DNA from: Dehalococcoidia bacterium
GTDB taxonomy: Bacteria; Chloroflexota; Dehalococcoidia; Plut-88900
Direction of reading: 5' to 3'
Assembly (NCBI GenBank): GCA_965197645.1
Contig: OZ240219.1
Coordinates: 1,536,001-1,600,000 of the forward strand
Length of the DNA stretch: 64,000 nucleotides
The notes beneath the pieces are model-generated. The model saw nothing but the letters and a program-made list of their open reading frames with translations. It was not told where the DNA came from and searched no databases. Shown here piece after piece: positions 8,754 through 18,305 of this stretch. Numbering within the stretch: the first letter of the stretch is position 1; each line of letters starts with the position of its first letter. The position numbers were made by a program, and so were the translations under genes.

Positions 8754-10433
8754 CTAAAGGTTTTCCTCTATCACCACGTCTACAAGGGCCGGCTTACCCA
8801 GGTTGATGGCCCGCTCGAGGGCTGGCTTGAGGTCGTCGGGGCTGCGCACCTGCTCGCCGTGCATGCCGAAGTCCTGGGCTAACTTTGCGAAATCGATGGG
8901 CGGGTCGAACAGGTCCATCGAGTGCAGGCGGGGTTTCACATCGGAGCCCATCACCCGCATGGCGTTGACCTTCAGTATCTTGTACGTGGCGTTGTTGAAG
9001 ATGACGAGGACTACGGGGATATCGTGATGGGCCGCCGTCCATAGGCCCTGTATCGAGTACATGGCGTTGCCATCGCCCACCAGACCCACTACGGGCCTGT
9101 CCGGCCGGGCCAGTTTGACGCCCAAGGCTTTGGGGAGCGAGTCGCCCAGGGAGCCGTCATTATCCTGAAAGGCTAGATAGGCGGTGGGATCATCCAAATC
9201 CAGGTAGTTCCGAAGGGCGACCGAGGAGGTGACAGCGCCATCTACGATGATGGTGTCCGGCAGGAGGGTCTCACGGAGGTCCAGTGCCAGCCTGTTGAGG
9301 GCGATAGGCTCCTGGTCCCAGTTCTCCTGGGAGCGCTCCCACAGCACCTCTCGGCGTTTGCGGTTGGCATCTCCGATAGCTTTGGCGCGCTTTTCGGCGG
9401 CGCTTCTGGCCGCCGGGGTCATCCGGGAATCCACGGCGTTGAACAGCTCTCGGAGGGAGACCTTGATATCGCCCAGGACACCCACGTCTGTGGACTGGTT
9501 CTTGCCTATCTCCCAGGGATCGGTATCCAGGTGGACGATTTTGGTGCTGGGGCTAATCACAGGCTCGGGCAGGTGGAACAGCTGGGAGACGAAGTTGGCG
9601 CCGACGACCAGCATCACGTCAACGTCTTCGATAGTCCCCGGAGAGCTGGTCAGATCGGTCGCCATGCCGCCGTCGAAGAGCGGGTGGGCTGAGGGGAAGG
9701 AGGTCTCGGCCCTGATGTAGTTCTCGGTGACTCGAGCGCCTATCAGCTCTGCGATGCGTACCGTTTCCTCCAGAGCACCGCACCTCGACAGTCTGAATCC
9801 CAGGAACAGGGCGGGGCTATCGGCGCCGGCGAGGAGGTCGGCGGCGCGGTCTATCGCCTCCTTGTCGGGCCCGGTCATCGAGGGGACCCAGCTGGGCCGG
9901 CCAACTTCGATATCGTCCTCCTGCATGAGCACGTCCTGGGGAAGGGACACGAAGACGGGACCTTGGGGTTGCTGCGCCGCCATCTTGAAGGCCCGGTTCA
10001 TCACCAGGGGTATGTCGGCGGCGTGCTGCACCTCCACGCTCCACTTGGTGAAGGGCCTGGTCATGCTCACCATGTCGCCGGTGAGGCCCGGGTCCTTCTG
10101 TATCAGGCGGGTGTCCTGCTGGCCTGCGGTAACCACCATGTTCATATCGCCCAGGTTGGCGTTGTAGAGGGTGCTGAGCATGTTGGCCACGCCGGGCAGC
10201 GTGTGAACGTTGACGAATCCCGTCTTCCCCGATGCCCAGGCGTAACCCTCGGCCATGCCCGCCGCCACCGTTTCGTGGAGGGTAAGAATGTACTTCATCT
10301 TGGGGCGATCATACAGGGCGTCCATGAAGACCACCTCGGTGGATCCCGGGTTGCCGAAGACGTACTCCACATCGTGAGCTTCCAAGACCGTCATGAGGGC
10401 ATCGTTTCCCGACATCCGAGGCATTTTCACCAT
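8754..10433 (-). CDS. ThDP-dependent enzyme, benzoylformate decarboxylase-like
   Basis: FGNPGSTE, HE..A..MAEGYA, GDG...NN ThDP motif (GDGNAMYSIQGLWTAA...FNN). Confidence 0.88.
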   Translation of the reverse strand: MVKMPRMSGNDALMTVLEAHDVEYVFGNPGSTEVVFMDALYDRPKMKYILTLHETVAAGMAEGYAWASGKTGFVNVHTLPGVANMLSTLYNANLGDMNMVVTAGQQDTRLIQKDPGLTGDMVSMTRPFTKWSVEVQHAADIPLVMNRAFKMAAQQPQGPVFVSLPQDVLMQEDDIEVGRPSWVPSMTGPDKEAIDRAADLLAGADSPALFLGFRLSRCGALEETVRIAELIGARVTENYIRAETSFPSAHPLFDGGMATDLTSSPGTIEDVDVMLVVGANFVSQLFHLPEPVISPSTKIVHLDTDPWEIGKNQSTDVGVLGDIKVSLRELFNAVDSRMTPAARSAAEKRAKAIGDANRKRREVLWERSQENWDQEPIALNRLALDLRETLLPDTIIVDGAVTSSVALRNYLDLDDPTAYLAFQDNDGSLGDSLPKALGVKLARPDRPVVGLVGDGNAMYSIQGLWTAAHHDIPVVLVIFNNATYKILKVNAMRVMGSDVKPRLHSMDLFDPPIDFAKLAQDFGMHGEQVRSPDDLKPALERAINLGKPALVDVVIEENL

Positions 10434-10515
10434 CCCAATTGGCTATGCGGCGCGGGGGTTTGGGGCAGCGCAAATGGTATCATAGGCCCCCGTTGAAAAC
10501 CATAAGAAAATAGGA

Positions 10516-10544
10516 TTGACTGGCTCTTACGGATACTCTACACT
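10516..10544 (+). promoter_or_regulatory. sigma70 promoter for the homocysteine methyltransferase gene
   Basis: TTGACT-17 nt-TACACT. Confidence 0.6.
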
Positions 10545-10657
10545 TGCGGCGAATTTTCGGGAGGGCGACCTATAAGCTCATCCGGGCCCGGTGGCTACCA
10601 TCACTGGTCCCGGGACTGCGATAGAAACTTCAAGTCGATCTGGGAGGGACTCGAAAC

Positions 10658-11650
10658 ATGGCCAAAGGGATCATGGAACGGTTGGCGGAGGGCGTAGTCC
10701 TGGGAGACGGGGGTTACATACAGGAGCTGGGCAAGCGGGGCGTGGTGCAGGAAGGCCCCTACACCCCGGAGGTGTGCATGCGCTATCCGGAGGCCGTCAA
10801 AGAGCTGCACTGGGAGTTCCTCAACTGCGGGTCAGAGGTGCTTCAGGCCATGGCGTTCTATGGCAGCCGGAGCCACCTGGAGTACGTCGGGCTCGGGGAC
10901 AGGGTGCGAGACGTGAACAGGGCCGCCGTAAGACTGGCACGGGAGGTGGCGGGAGACCAGGCGTTGGTGTCGGGCAACCTGAGCACAACATGGCGATACG
11001 ACGCTGACGATAAGGACGGCCACAAGGAGATCCGCCAGCAGTTCGATGAGCAGCTGGAGGAGCAGGTCGACGAGGGAGTCGACTTCGTAATTGCGGAGTT
11101 CATATTCGATTTGGGGGAGGCCCTGATCGCTCTGGAGAGTATCAAGAGTACGGGCCTGCCGGCCATGGTCACCCTGACCTTCGAGCGGCATCTCAGGACG
11201 AGGGACGGGTTCACCCCGGCCCAATGCGCTCGCAAGCTGGTGGCGGAGGGAGCGGACATAGTGGGGACCAACTGTGGCAGAGGGCCGGTGACGATCCTCC
11301 CCGTGGTACGCCACATGGCCGATGCGGTGGACGTGCCCATCGCAGTGCAGCCTTCGGCCTACCGGACGGGGAGGAAGTACGCCACCTTCTTCGAGTACCC
11401 GGGCTTCCCCGATGCCATGGAGCCTATGATAGGCACCCGGTTCGATATGGCGGATAGCGCTCGCGCCGCCGTAGAGATGGGGGCGAGCTACATCGGAGGC
11501 TGCTGCTCCACCGGTCCGGCCATGATCAGGCAGATGGGTCGGGCCGTTGGCAAAGTGGCCGAGGCTGATCGGAGCTGGGGGCTGGACTACGAGCGACCAA
11601 CCTCCATCACCGAGCACTACAAGCACACTCCAGGCATAAGGCAGGACTGA
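10658..11650 (+). CDS. Homocysteine S-methyltransferase family protein (BHMT-like)
   Basis: LGDGG start, Zn-ligand motifs GTNCGRGP and IGGCC. Confidence 0.88.
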   Translation: MAKGIMERLAEGVVLGDGGYIQELGKRGVVQEGPYTPEVCMRYPEAVKELHWEFLNCGSEVLQAMAFYGSRSHLEYVGLGDRVRDVNRAAVRLAREVAGDQALVSGNLSTTWRYDADDKDGHKEIRQQFDEQLEEQVDEGVDFVIAEFIFDLGEALIALESIKSTGLPAMVTLTFERHLRTRDGFTPAQCARKLVAEGADIVGTNCGRGPVTILPVVRHMADAVDVPIAVQPSAYRTGRKYATFFEYPGFPDAMEPMIGTRFDMADSARAAVEMGASYIGGCCSTGPAMIRQMGRAVGKVAEADRSWGLDYERPTSITEHYKHTPGIRQD

Positions 11651-11715
11651 CTCGCGGACTCAACCACCGTTGAGTATCGGAAAACTCAGCGACCGGTCTG
11701 GATGTGGAGGCTGAC

Positions 11716-12753
11716 CTAGGGGACCTGCAGCACCAGCTTGCCGAATACGTTCCGGTCCTGCATGGCCCGGTGGGCGTCGGCCGCAGCTTCTAGGGGAAAG
11801 GTCTGACTGATGACCCCTCTGATCTTCCCCTGCCGGACCAGCTTCATCACGTTGGCGAAATCGTTCTTGTTGCCCGTCGAGGCCCCGAAATAGGAGTGGC
11901 CTTGGCTGAACATGTGGCCGATTCTGATCGAGGCCCGGTGCCCGCTGGTTACACCGCAGTTCACCAGCCGGCCACCGGGTCGTAGAGACTTTACGTTCTC
12001 GTCCCATACGTCCGTGCCGACACTATCGAAGATGAGGTCTGCTCCCTTGCCGTTGGTCAGCTCGCGGACCCGTTTGCTGAATTTCGGCTCGTCGACGTAG
12101 TTGATCGTCTCGTCGGCTCCGATCTCCCTTGCTTTGGCCAGCTTCTCTTCGGTGCTCGCCGTGGTGATCACCCGGGCGCCCATCGTCTTGCAGAAGCGGA
12201 TTGCCGCGCTGCCCACGCCGCTCCCTGCAGCCATGATCAAGACATCTTCACCCGGTTTCATGTCGCACCTGGTCATGAGGCAGTGCCAGACCGTCTTGTA
12301 GACCAGGGGGATGGCGGCCGCTTCGTCGAAGGAGAGGGAACTGGGGATGACGTGGGCATTGACTGCCGGGATGGCGACGTACTCGGCGTATCCCCCGTTC
12401 ACGTTCACACCGATGCTCTTCGAATCGATGCAGAACTCGTCTCTTCCCGCGTGGCACGCCGAGCATTCGCCGCAACGGATGGTGTAATCGGCCAGTACTC
12501 TATCGCCTGGGGAAAATCCATCTACGTTGGAGCCTACCTCTGCGACCTCGCCGGCAAGATCACAACCCAGTACGTGAGGGAACCGATTGATCTTGACCCC
12601 GTTTCGTCCCGCCCGGGCAAACGTGTCCAGGTGGTTCAACGCCGTAGCTCTGACCCGGACTAGCAGATCGTCGGGGCCTATGGTGGGCTCGGGAAGATCG
12701 CCGTAGGTCAGGACTTCGATGTCGCCCTGTTCTTCGATGTAGTTTGCTTTCAT
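11716..12753 (-). CDS. Zn-binding MDR oxidoreductase (quinone oxidoreductase/ADH-like)
   Basis: PHVLGCD, structural Zn CxxCxxC-x7-C, AAGSGVG, C-terminal FGKLVL. Confidence 0.9.
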   Translation of the reverse strand: MKANYIEEQGDIEVLTYGDLPEPTIGPDDLLVRVRATALNHLDTFARAGRNGVKINRFPHVLGCDLAGEVAEVGSNVDGFSPGDRVLADYTIRCGECSACHAGRDEFCIDSKSIGVNVNGGYAEYVAIPAVNAHVIPSSLSFDEAAAIPLVYKTVWHCLMTRCDMKPGEDVLIMAAGSGVGSAAIRFCKTMGARVITTASTEEKLAKAREIGADETINYVDEPKFSKRVRELTNGKGADLIFDSVGTDVWDENVKSLRPGGRLVNCGVTSGHRASIRIGHMFSQGHSYFGASTGNKNDFANVMKLVRQGKIRGVISQTFPLEAAADAHRAMQDRNVFGKLVLQVP

Positions 12754-12979
12754 AGAGTCACCCTCGTTCGGTGGAAGAGCGCCCGATTATATCATGGGTC
12801 CGGCCAATCGAAGGCGCTCGGGGTGCCTCTATATGGTTCACTATGAGCTAATTCTCGGGGTTGACGATATCGACCGGGGGTAGGTAAAGTTAAAGCACAG
12901 AATCGCCTCTGTTGAGACCGAGTTGACGTAGCAGTGAACGCCCCTTTGGGCCGAATCAAAGACCAAGCAGGAGGACTAA

Positions 12980-13150
12980 ATGGCCACCGTTACCGTAGCA
13001 CCTAACTCCAGTGCTAAGCTTACGCTCAAGCCCATGCCGTTGATGCCCGGCATGCCGTTTACTTTTCATAACGCATCTAATGTTCAGATAACCATCACTG
13101 CTCAGGGCAAAGACGTCCAGATCAAGGAAACTGCCGCCGGCGGCAGCTGA
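12980..13150 (+). CDS. Small (56 aa) hypothetical protein
   Basis: AGGAGG RBS 5 nt before ATG; MATVTVAPNSSAKLTLKPMPLMPGMPFTFHNASNVQITITAQGKDVQIKETAAGGS; upstream TTGACG-18-TAAAGT (12861-12890); below the track length cutoff. Confidence 0.65.
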   Translation: MATVTVAPNSSAKLTLKPMPLMPGMPFTFHNASNVQITITAQGKDVQIKETAAGGS

Positions 13151-13158
13151 ACGTATTC

Positions 13159-13188
13159 TTGACAGCTTTCGCACCTCGCTGATAGTAT
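13159..13188 (+). promoter_or_regulatory. sigma70 promoter of tRNA-Asp
   Basis: TTGACA-18 nt-TAGTAT with TG extension. Confidence 0.65.
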
Positions 13189-13222
13189 CGATTCGTGACA
13201 ACCTGCTCCGCTGTCTTCTAGC

Positions 13223-13299
13223 GGCCCCGTGGTGTAGCGGACTAACATGCCACCCTGTCACGGTGGAGATCGCCGGTTCGAATCCGGTCGGGGTCGCCA
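13223..13299 (+). tRNA. tRNA-Asp(GTC)
   Basis: GGCCCCGTGGTGTAGCGGACTAACATGCCACCCTGTCACGGTGG...GGTTCGAATCC...GGGGTCGCCA. Confidence 0.96.
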
Positions 13300-13524
13300 G
13301 CATTTCGATAGCCAGAGCCGATGCCCATCCAGTCGTAAAGCCCCTTGGTCGTATCGGGACGGCTCAGGCTCCATCGTCCTCTTCCATACCTCGTTTCGAC
13401 TCCGCCGGGACAATTGAGAATCCCGGAAGAACGGCCGGTTGATTCGACACACGGTCCATGGCGTCCCATCCAAACGCGCCTTAACCTTCCCGTAAATCGC
13501 AAGATATGTTGCTCGGAGGCAGTT

Positions 13525-14562
13525 ATGAAGTTGGACTTTAGCATCGGCTTGGGCCGCAACGAGTCGGTCCACGAGATCGGAGAGTACGCAAGGGCGGCGG
13601 AGGACAGCGGGTTCAAGCAGCTGACTCTCATAGACATGCCCTTCGTCGGCCGGGACGTGCATGCCATGATGCTCCTCTCCGCTCAGAGCACCGAGAAAAT
13701 CCTCATTGGTCATGGAGTGACCACCCCGACAACCTTCCACCCGATGTCGATAGCCAACGCCACCGCCAGCATAAACGAGCTATCCGGGGGCCGTGTCTTC
13801 GTTGGATTGGGAGCAGGGGGGCCTTTCGATACTGTGCTCAAGCGACCTGCGCCCGTCAAGGAGGTCCGGGAAGTCGTACAGTTCATTCGTAAGTTCATGG
13901 CGGGTGAAGAGGCGGAATATAGGGGAACGAAAGCCCACTCGGAATGGGTTCGGGACCCAGTGCCTATCTATCTGGCCGCCGAGGGCCCGAAGATGTTGCA
14001 GCTGGCCGGCGAGATCGCCGACGGCGTAATCTCCATCGGCACCAATCCGGAGTGGGTCAGGTGGAAGATGGCGCAAGTAGAGAAGGGGGCTCTCAGGGCC
14101 GGCAGGGACCCCTCGGAGGTGGAGTTCTGGGTCCGCACCATGATCTACGTTGCCGATTCCAAGGAGGAGGCCCGGCACGAGGTCTCTCCTTATCCCTTGG
14201 CCTATGGCCACCTTCATAGGTTTCTAGAGCGGGATACACCGGAGGCTAATGACCTGCGTACAGGACTGGAGCGGGCCTATCCGGGTCTGGCCGAAGACCT
14301 TATCTCCGATTCAAAACGGGTCGCCAGTGCTTACGAGCCCTACGGGGTCGAGCGTCTCGATGCGCCGTGGGCGAAATATGTAACGGCTTCTCTAATCGAT
14401 TACTTTCATCTGACCGGTAGACCAGAGGAGATCAATGAGCGGATCGCCGTTCTGGGGGAGATGGGGGTGAATAACATCTCCACGGTGATGTTTACGATCC
14501 TGGACAAAATGGGAATGATGCGGGCAATAAGCGAAGAGATCATGCCTCACTTCCAGAGCTAG
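13525..14562 (+). CDS. LLM-class (luciferase-like) flavin-dependent oxidoreductase
   Basis: AEDSGF, ELSGGRVFVGLGAG, PIYLAAEGPKMLQLAGEIADG; start reassigned to ATG after GGAGG. Confidence 0.9.
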   Translation: MKLDFSIGLGRNESVHEIGEYARAAEDSGFKQLTLIDMPFVGRDVHAMMLLSAQSTEKILIGHGVTTPTTFHPMSIANATASINELSGGRVFVGLGAGGPFDTVLKRPAPVKEVREVVQFIRKFMAGEEAEYRGTKAHSEWVRDPVPIYLAAEGPKMLQLAGEIADGVISIGTNPEWVRWKMAQVEKGALRAGRDPSEVEFWVRTMIYVADSKEEARHEVSPYPLAYGHLHRFLERDTPEANDLRTGLERAYPGLAEDLISDSKRVASAYEPYGVERLDAPWAKYVTASLIDYFHLTGRPEEINERIAVLGEMGVNNISTVMFTILDKMGMMRAISEEIMPHFQS

Positions 14563-14571
14563 GAGGAGGTA

Positions 14572-14646
14572 TCTGAGGGACACCCTCAGACTCCCGGCAA
14601 AGGGGCTTCGCCCCTCTGCACACCCCATGTTTCATCAACCTGCCAG
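14572..14646 (+). repeat. Dispersed MITE/REP-like repeat, copy A (no inserts)
   Basis: TCTGAGGG-ACA-CCCTCAGA-CTCCCGGCAA-AGGGGC-TTC-GCCCCT-CTGCACACCCCAT-GTTTCATCAACCTGCCAG; same core at 21106, 31904, 36054, 55850. Confidence 0.85.
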
Positions 14647-14694
14647 GACTGTTCCCAGAGACCCCTCTACCCGCTGGGGCCCATTTGCGTTTTC

Positions 14695-15726
14695 TTACTC
14701 CGATACGGGCAAGAAGACTTTTCTCAACGGGACTAAGGAACGAGACTCTGAATCGAGGGTTTCGTAATAATCCACCAGCAGCTCCCGAAGGTCGGACATG
14801 GTGACAAGGCTCAGAGGAATAGAGGAGCGCTCGGCCTCGTAACGGGCTTCCGTTGTGAATCCACCGGTACTGACGTACAGGCAACGATCGCCTGGTTGGC
14901 GGCCTCCGAGGAAGGAGCGAATCAATGGAGCGCCTACAGTACCGGAACGGTGTTTGACTTCGACAAAAATACGCGGCTCGACTAGGCCCAAGCCATCTTG
15001 CGATGCGAAAACATCAACACCGCGGTCGGGACCAGGTTGGGACACCCTGGTCCGGTAACCCATGCCGCGCATAATTCCGGCGACAAGCTCTTGAAGCTGT
15101 TGCGCATCCAGTGAAGCGATCTTGTCTTCGACGAATTGTTCGGATTTGGAGATATAGTCCTCGAAGATATCTACGGCATCCAGTTGATCTAATGCAAACG
15201 ACAAATCCTCGTCGCTGGGGCTCTCGGGTTCCTCCTCTGGGACGTCTCGTTGCAACTCATCAGCCGCTTCCGTCGATACCCGGAAGAAAGTCGCAAGACT
15301 GCCCAGACTATTTCGGGTACCTGCCGATAGATCATCTCGAAGGCGGGTGCCTGTCCAGTCGGCCTTACGAACAAATTCTAGGCGTTCTTGATCGTCGACC
15401 ATGCGGGCTTCCAATTCCGCTTGCGATCGGATGATCCCTATGTGGTAAAGGCGGGTGCCGGGGTCGTAAGTGACAACGGCGTCACCCTCCTCGACTTCCC
15501 GCAGGAACCTCTTGACTTGAGCAGCCCAGGTTGCCCGTGTTCGAGGTTTTTCATCAAACCATATTTCATCGAAGCGGCGTTTGATCTCAACGTCTGGAAG
15601 AGTAGATTCTATTTCTCCCGCCTCACCCCATCCAATCGCAGCAACTCCCTTTTCGAGAAAATGTTCAATATAGATGCCGTTGGCCCCAGCCCGGACAACC
15701 CATACTTTTGCACTTGGTGAATCCAC
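14695..15726 (-). CDS. Mrr-like (type IV) restriction endonuclease
   Basis: N-terminal WVVRAG...IGW, catalytic DRGVD...VEVKH, YVSTGGFT; visibly more AT-rich than flanks; no adjacent methyltransferase. Confidence 0.88.
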   Translation of the reverse strand: MDSPSAKVWVVRAGANGIYIEHFLEKGVAAIGWGEAGEIESTLPDVEIKRRFDEIWFDEKPRTRATWAAQVKRFLREVEEGDAVVTYDPGTRLYHIGIIRSQAELEARMVDDQERLEFVRKADWTGTRLRDDLSAGTRNSLGSLATFFRVSTEAADELQRDVPEEEPESPSDEDLSFALDQLDAVDIFEDYISKSEQFVEDKIASLDAQQLQELVAGIMRGMGYRTRVSQPGPDRGVDVFASQDGLGLVEPRIFVEVKHRSGTVGAPLIRSFLGGRQPGDRCLYVSTGGFTTEARYEAERSSIPLSLVTMSDLRELLVDYYETLDSESRSLVPLRKVFLPVSE

Positions 15727-15810
15727 ATGGCCTTCTTCTGCGGATCTATACCGCTAATGAGTGATACCGCGCTTCGGAAGTGATAAGACGTCAGAGTCTT
15801 AGCTGATTGG

Positions 15811-16797
15811 TCAGCCGGGGACCCAGACCAGGCTGGATATCTCGCTGAACTCTCTCCACAGCTTCCTCCACGTGTCGCCCGAGTCATCGCTGCGATAGAG
15901 GTAGCCGTAGCGGCTGGCGGCGAACACCAGCGCAGGGTCAGAGGGCTGTACACTGACCGTCCACATGGCGGCGTTGGGCTGGACCGGCAACGAGAGGGCG
16001 GCCCAGGTAGCTCCACTATCCTGGGAGCGCATGACCGTACCTATCTGTCCCGGCGTGGTGTCTCCTATCGTGAGGAACACCGTCCTGGGATCGTTGGGGC
16101 ACACCTTGATGCTGCGAGGATAGCTCCAGGGGAAGGTCTCCTTGATGTGAAGAGAGCTCCAGGTCACCCCGTCATCGGTGCTGGAGTAGATGTCGTCACT
16201 GGCCACGACTAGAACGGTCTTGGGAGGGCCGGGAACGACGACAACGTTGTGTATATCGGGGTTTGGAATGCCCTCGTTGATGGAGTCCCAGGATTCGCCG
16301 CCATCCCTGCTTCGCCGGACGCCGTCCACCTCTATACCCATCCAAACGTTGGTCCGGTCAACTGGATCGATGGCTATGGCGGTAACCCGGGGGACCCCGA
16401 CCGCGTCACACTCGTCTACTACCTTCAGCGGACGCTGTCTCCAGGTAAGGCCGCCATCGGTAGAGCGAAACAAGAGCACAGGATTGGGGGTGCCCGTGCC
16501 GGCCATCATGAGTTGGGGGTCGTTGGGGTCGATGGCCAGGGACCATACGCACATTCCGCTGAGAGGAGACTCCACCGGCGCCCAGCTTCCCCCGGCATCG
16601 TCGCTGCGGAACAACCCTCCATCCATACCGGCAAATATCCTGTCCGGCTGGGCTGGGTGGCTTGCCATGGTACGGACCACGGCGCCGTTGCGAATACCGT
16701 CGCCCACCCCGACGACATCCCAGGTCTCGCCGTCGTCGGTGCTGCGGAGGACTCCCTGCCCTACTGTGCCTACGAGTATGGTCATCTTCGGCGACAT
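15811..16797 (-). CDS. BNR/Asp-box repeat beta-propeller protein
   Basis: Seven S-x-D-x-G-x-[TS]-W repeats (STDDGETW, SDDAGGSW, STDGGLTW, SRDGGESW, STDDGVTW, SQDSGATW, SDDSGDTW); no signal peptide. Confidence 0.88.
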   Translation of the reverse strand: MSPKMTILVGTVGQGVLRSTDDGETWDVVGVGDGIRNGAVVRTMASHPAQPDRIFAGMDGGLFRSDDAGGSWAPVESPLSGMCVWSLAIDPNDPQLMMAGTGTPNPVLLFRSTDGGLTWRQRPLKVVDECDAVGVPRVTAIAIDPVDRTNVWMGIEVDGVRRSRDGGESWDSINEGIPNPDIHNVVVVPGPPKTVLVVASDDIYSSTDDGVTWSSLHIKETFPWSYPRSIKVCPNDPRTVFLTIGDTTPGQIGTVMRSQDSGATWAALSLPVQPNAAMWTVSVQPSDPALVFAASRYGYLYRSDDSGDTWRKLWREFSEISSLVWVPG

Positions 16798-16929
16798 ACC
16801 TGCACCTCCTCTTCCATTCTTCTCAGTCTATCGCCAAAAAAGGGCGTCAAAGGCGGAAGATGGTTCGGGTACCACAGCCGATAGCGGCCCCTGGCACGCT
16901 GCGGAACACCCCGGTCCGGGGAAATCGGT

Positions 16930-18093
16930 TTACGAGCTGAGGTTATACAGCCGTACGGCGTTTTCCCCGAGAATCTTCTTCTGGTCCGCTTCGGACAGAG
17001 AGCTCATGGTTTCCTTGAGCTCGGCCAGCGGTTCCTCGTGTCCTTCGGAGTGGGGATAATCGGACCCCCAGACCAGCTTATCGGCCCCGATCATCTGGGC
17101 GGTAAAGGCGAAGGCTTTCTCGTCCGGCTCGCCCGATATCCAGCATTGCCGCTGGAAGTAGTCAGTGGGAAGCAGCTCCGCCGACGGGTCGTCCCTCATC
17201 GCAGCGTCCATGGCGTCCAGCCAGGCCGGCATCCAGCCGCAGTGCGCCTCGACTACTCCGAGCTTTAGACGTGGAAACCGATCTAAGACCTTCCCTTGAA
17301 GAAACGTGGTGAATGCCAGCTGGCAGTCCAGCTTTTGCATCAGGGAGTACCACCACCCGTTGTGGGTGAAGCTTGCCGAGTACAGATCGTGTCCCACGAA
17401 CTTGGGGGTGCTGCTGACGTGGATGCCGATGGGTATGTCCATCTCTTCCACCACAGCCCAGAACGGATCGTAGTAGGTCTCCCCGTAGGGGATGCCGTTG
17501 ACGGGAGGGTTGGGGAACATGTATACCCCCTTCGCTCCCCGTTTCACAGCCCGCTGGATCTCTTCTACCCCGTTCTCCACCTTCGCCAACGATATCATGG
17601 CGATGGGAATCAGCCGGTCGGGGTAAGGGCGGCCGAAGTCGGTGATCCAGTCGTTGTACACCTGACAGTAAGCGTTGGCCAGGTCGGGGTCGGGGCATTC
17701 AGTCTGCCAGTTGAGGCCCAGGGAGGGGTAGAGGAACGCCATGTCTATCCCCTGCCCGTCCATCCATTTGATCCGGGCGTGAGGGTCCTTGGCGCCGGGG
17801 GTCCTGCAGGCTTCCCAGTTCAGAAGCTCCGGCCTGCCCTCTTGCTTCGCTCTCCAGGCTACGGCCTCATCCAATGTTCCCAGAGCTCCCAACGCTCCGT
17901 TCAACACCTTGGACGGACTTCCGGCTATCTCCAGGTAGTCGAGGCCATCCTCTCCCGTCACCACCTGCATAGCCTTGTCTCTATATTGGGGCTCCAGGTT
18001 TTCCGTCCACAGGTCTCCGGGTTCCATGATGTGGCCATCGGCGTCCGCTACTACGGTCTTCACCCTGGTGTCCGCTCGCTCTTTGATGGTCAT
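16930..18093 (-). CDS. Amidohydrolase (Amidohydro_2 family)
   Basis: DADGHIME, LYPSLG, IGIH, WGSDYPH; start reassigned to ATG after AAGGAGG. Confidence 0.9.
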   Translation of the reverse strand: MTIKERADTRVKTVVADADGHIMEPGDLWTENLEPQYRDKAMQVVTGEDGLDYLEIAGSPSKVLNGALGALGTLDEAVAWRAKQEGRPELLNWEACRTPGAKDPHARIKWMDGQGIDMAFLYPSLGLNWQTECPDPDLANAYCQVYNDWITDFGRPYPDRLIPIAMISLAKVENGVEEIQRAVKRGAKGVYMFPNPPVNGIPYGETYYDPFWAVVEEMDIPIGIHVSSTPKFVGHDLYSASFTHNGWWYSLMQKLDCQLAFTTFLQGKVLDRFPRLKLGVVEAHCGWMPAWLDAMDAAMRDDPSAELLPTDYFQRQCWISGEPDEKAFAFTAQMIGADKLVWGSDYPHSEGHEEPLAELKETMSSLSEADQKKILGENAVRLYNLSS

Positions 18094-18305
18094 GGCTTGC
18101 CCCTCCTTACTCATGCGATACAAAGCCGTCTCGTGGTCTTGCGATGCTAGCACGGATAGTCAGCGGCTTGCAAGAAAAGCTATGGGGGACGGCGAATACT
18201 CGACAGCCGTGATGTACCGTGGTTCGCTGACTGCTGACAAAGCGAACGCCAATGTGATAACTTTGAAGCAGCTCAAGGGTGACACGCTAGAGAGGGAGGA
18301 CAGCT

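Noticed and set aside
13223-16797. Genomic island integrated at tRNA-Asp
   Set aside because: No integrase and no duplicated tRNA 3' end (att site) found in the window; only the Mrr-like gene looks compositionally foreign.
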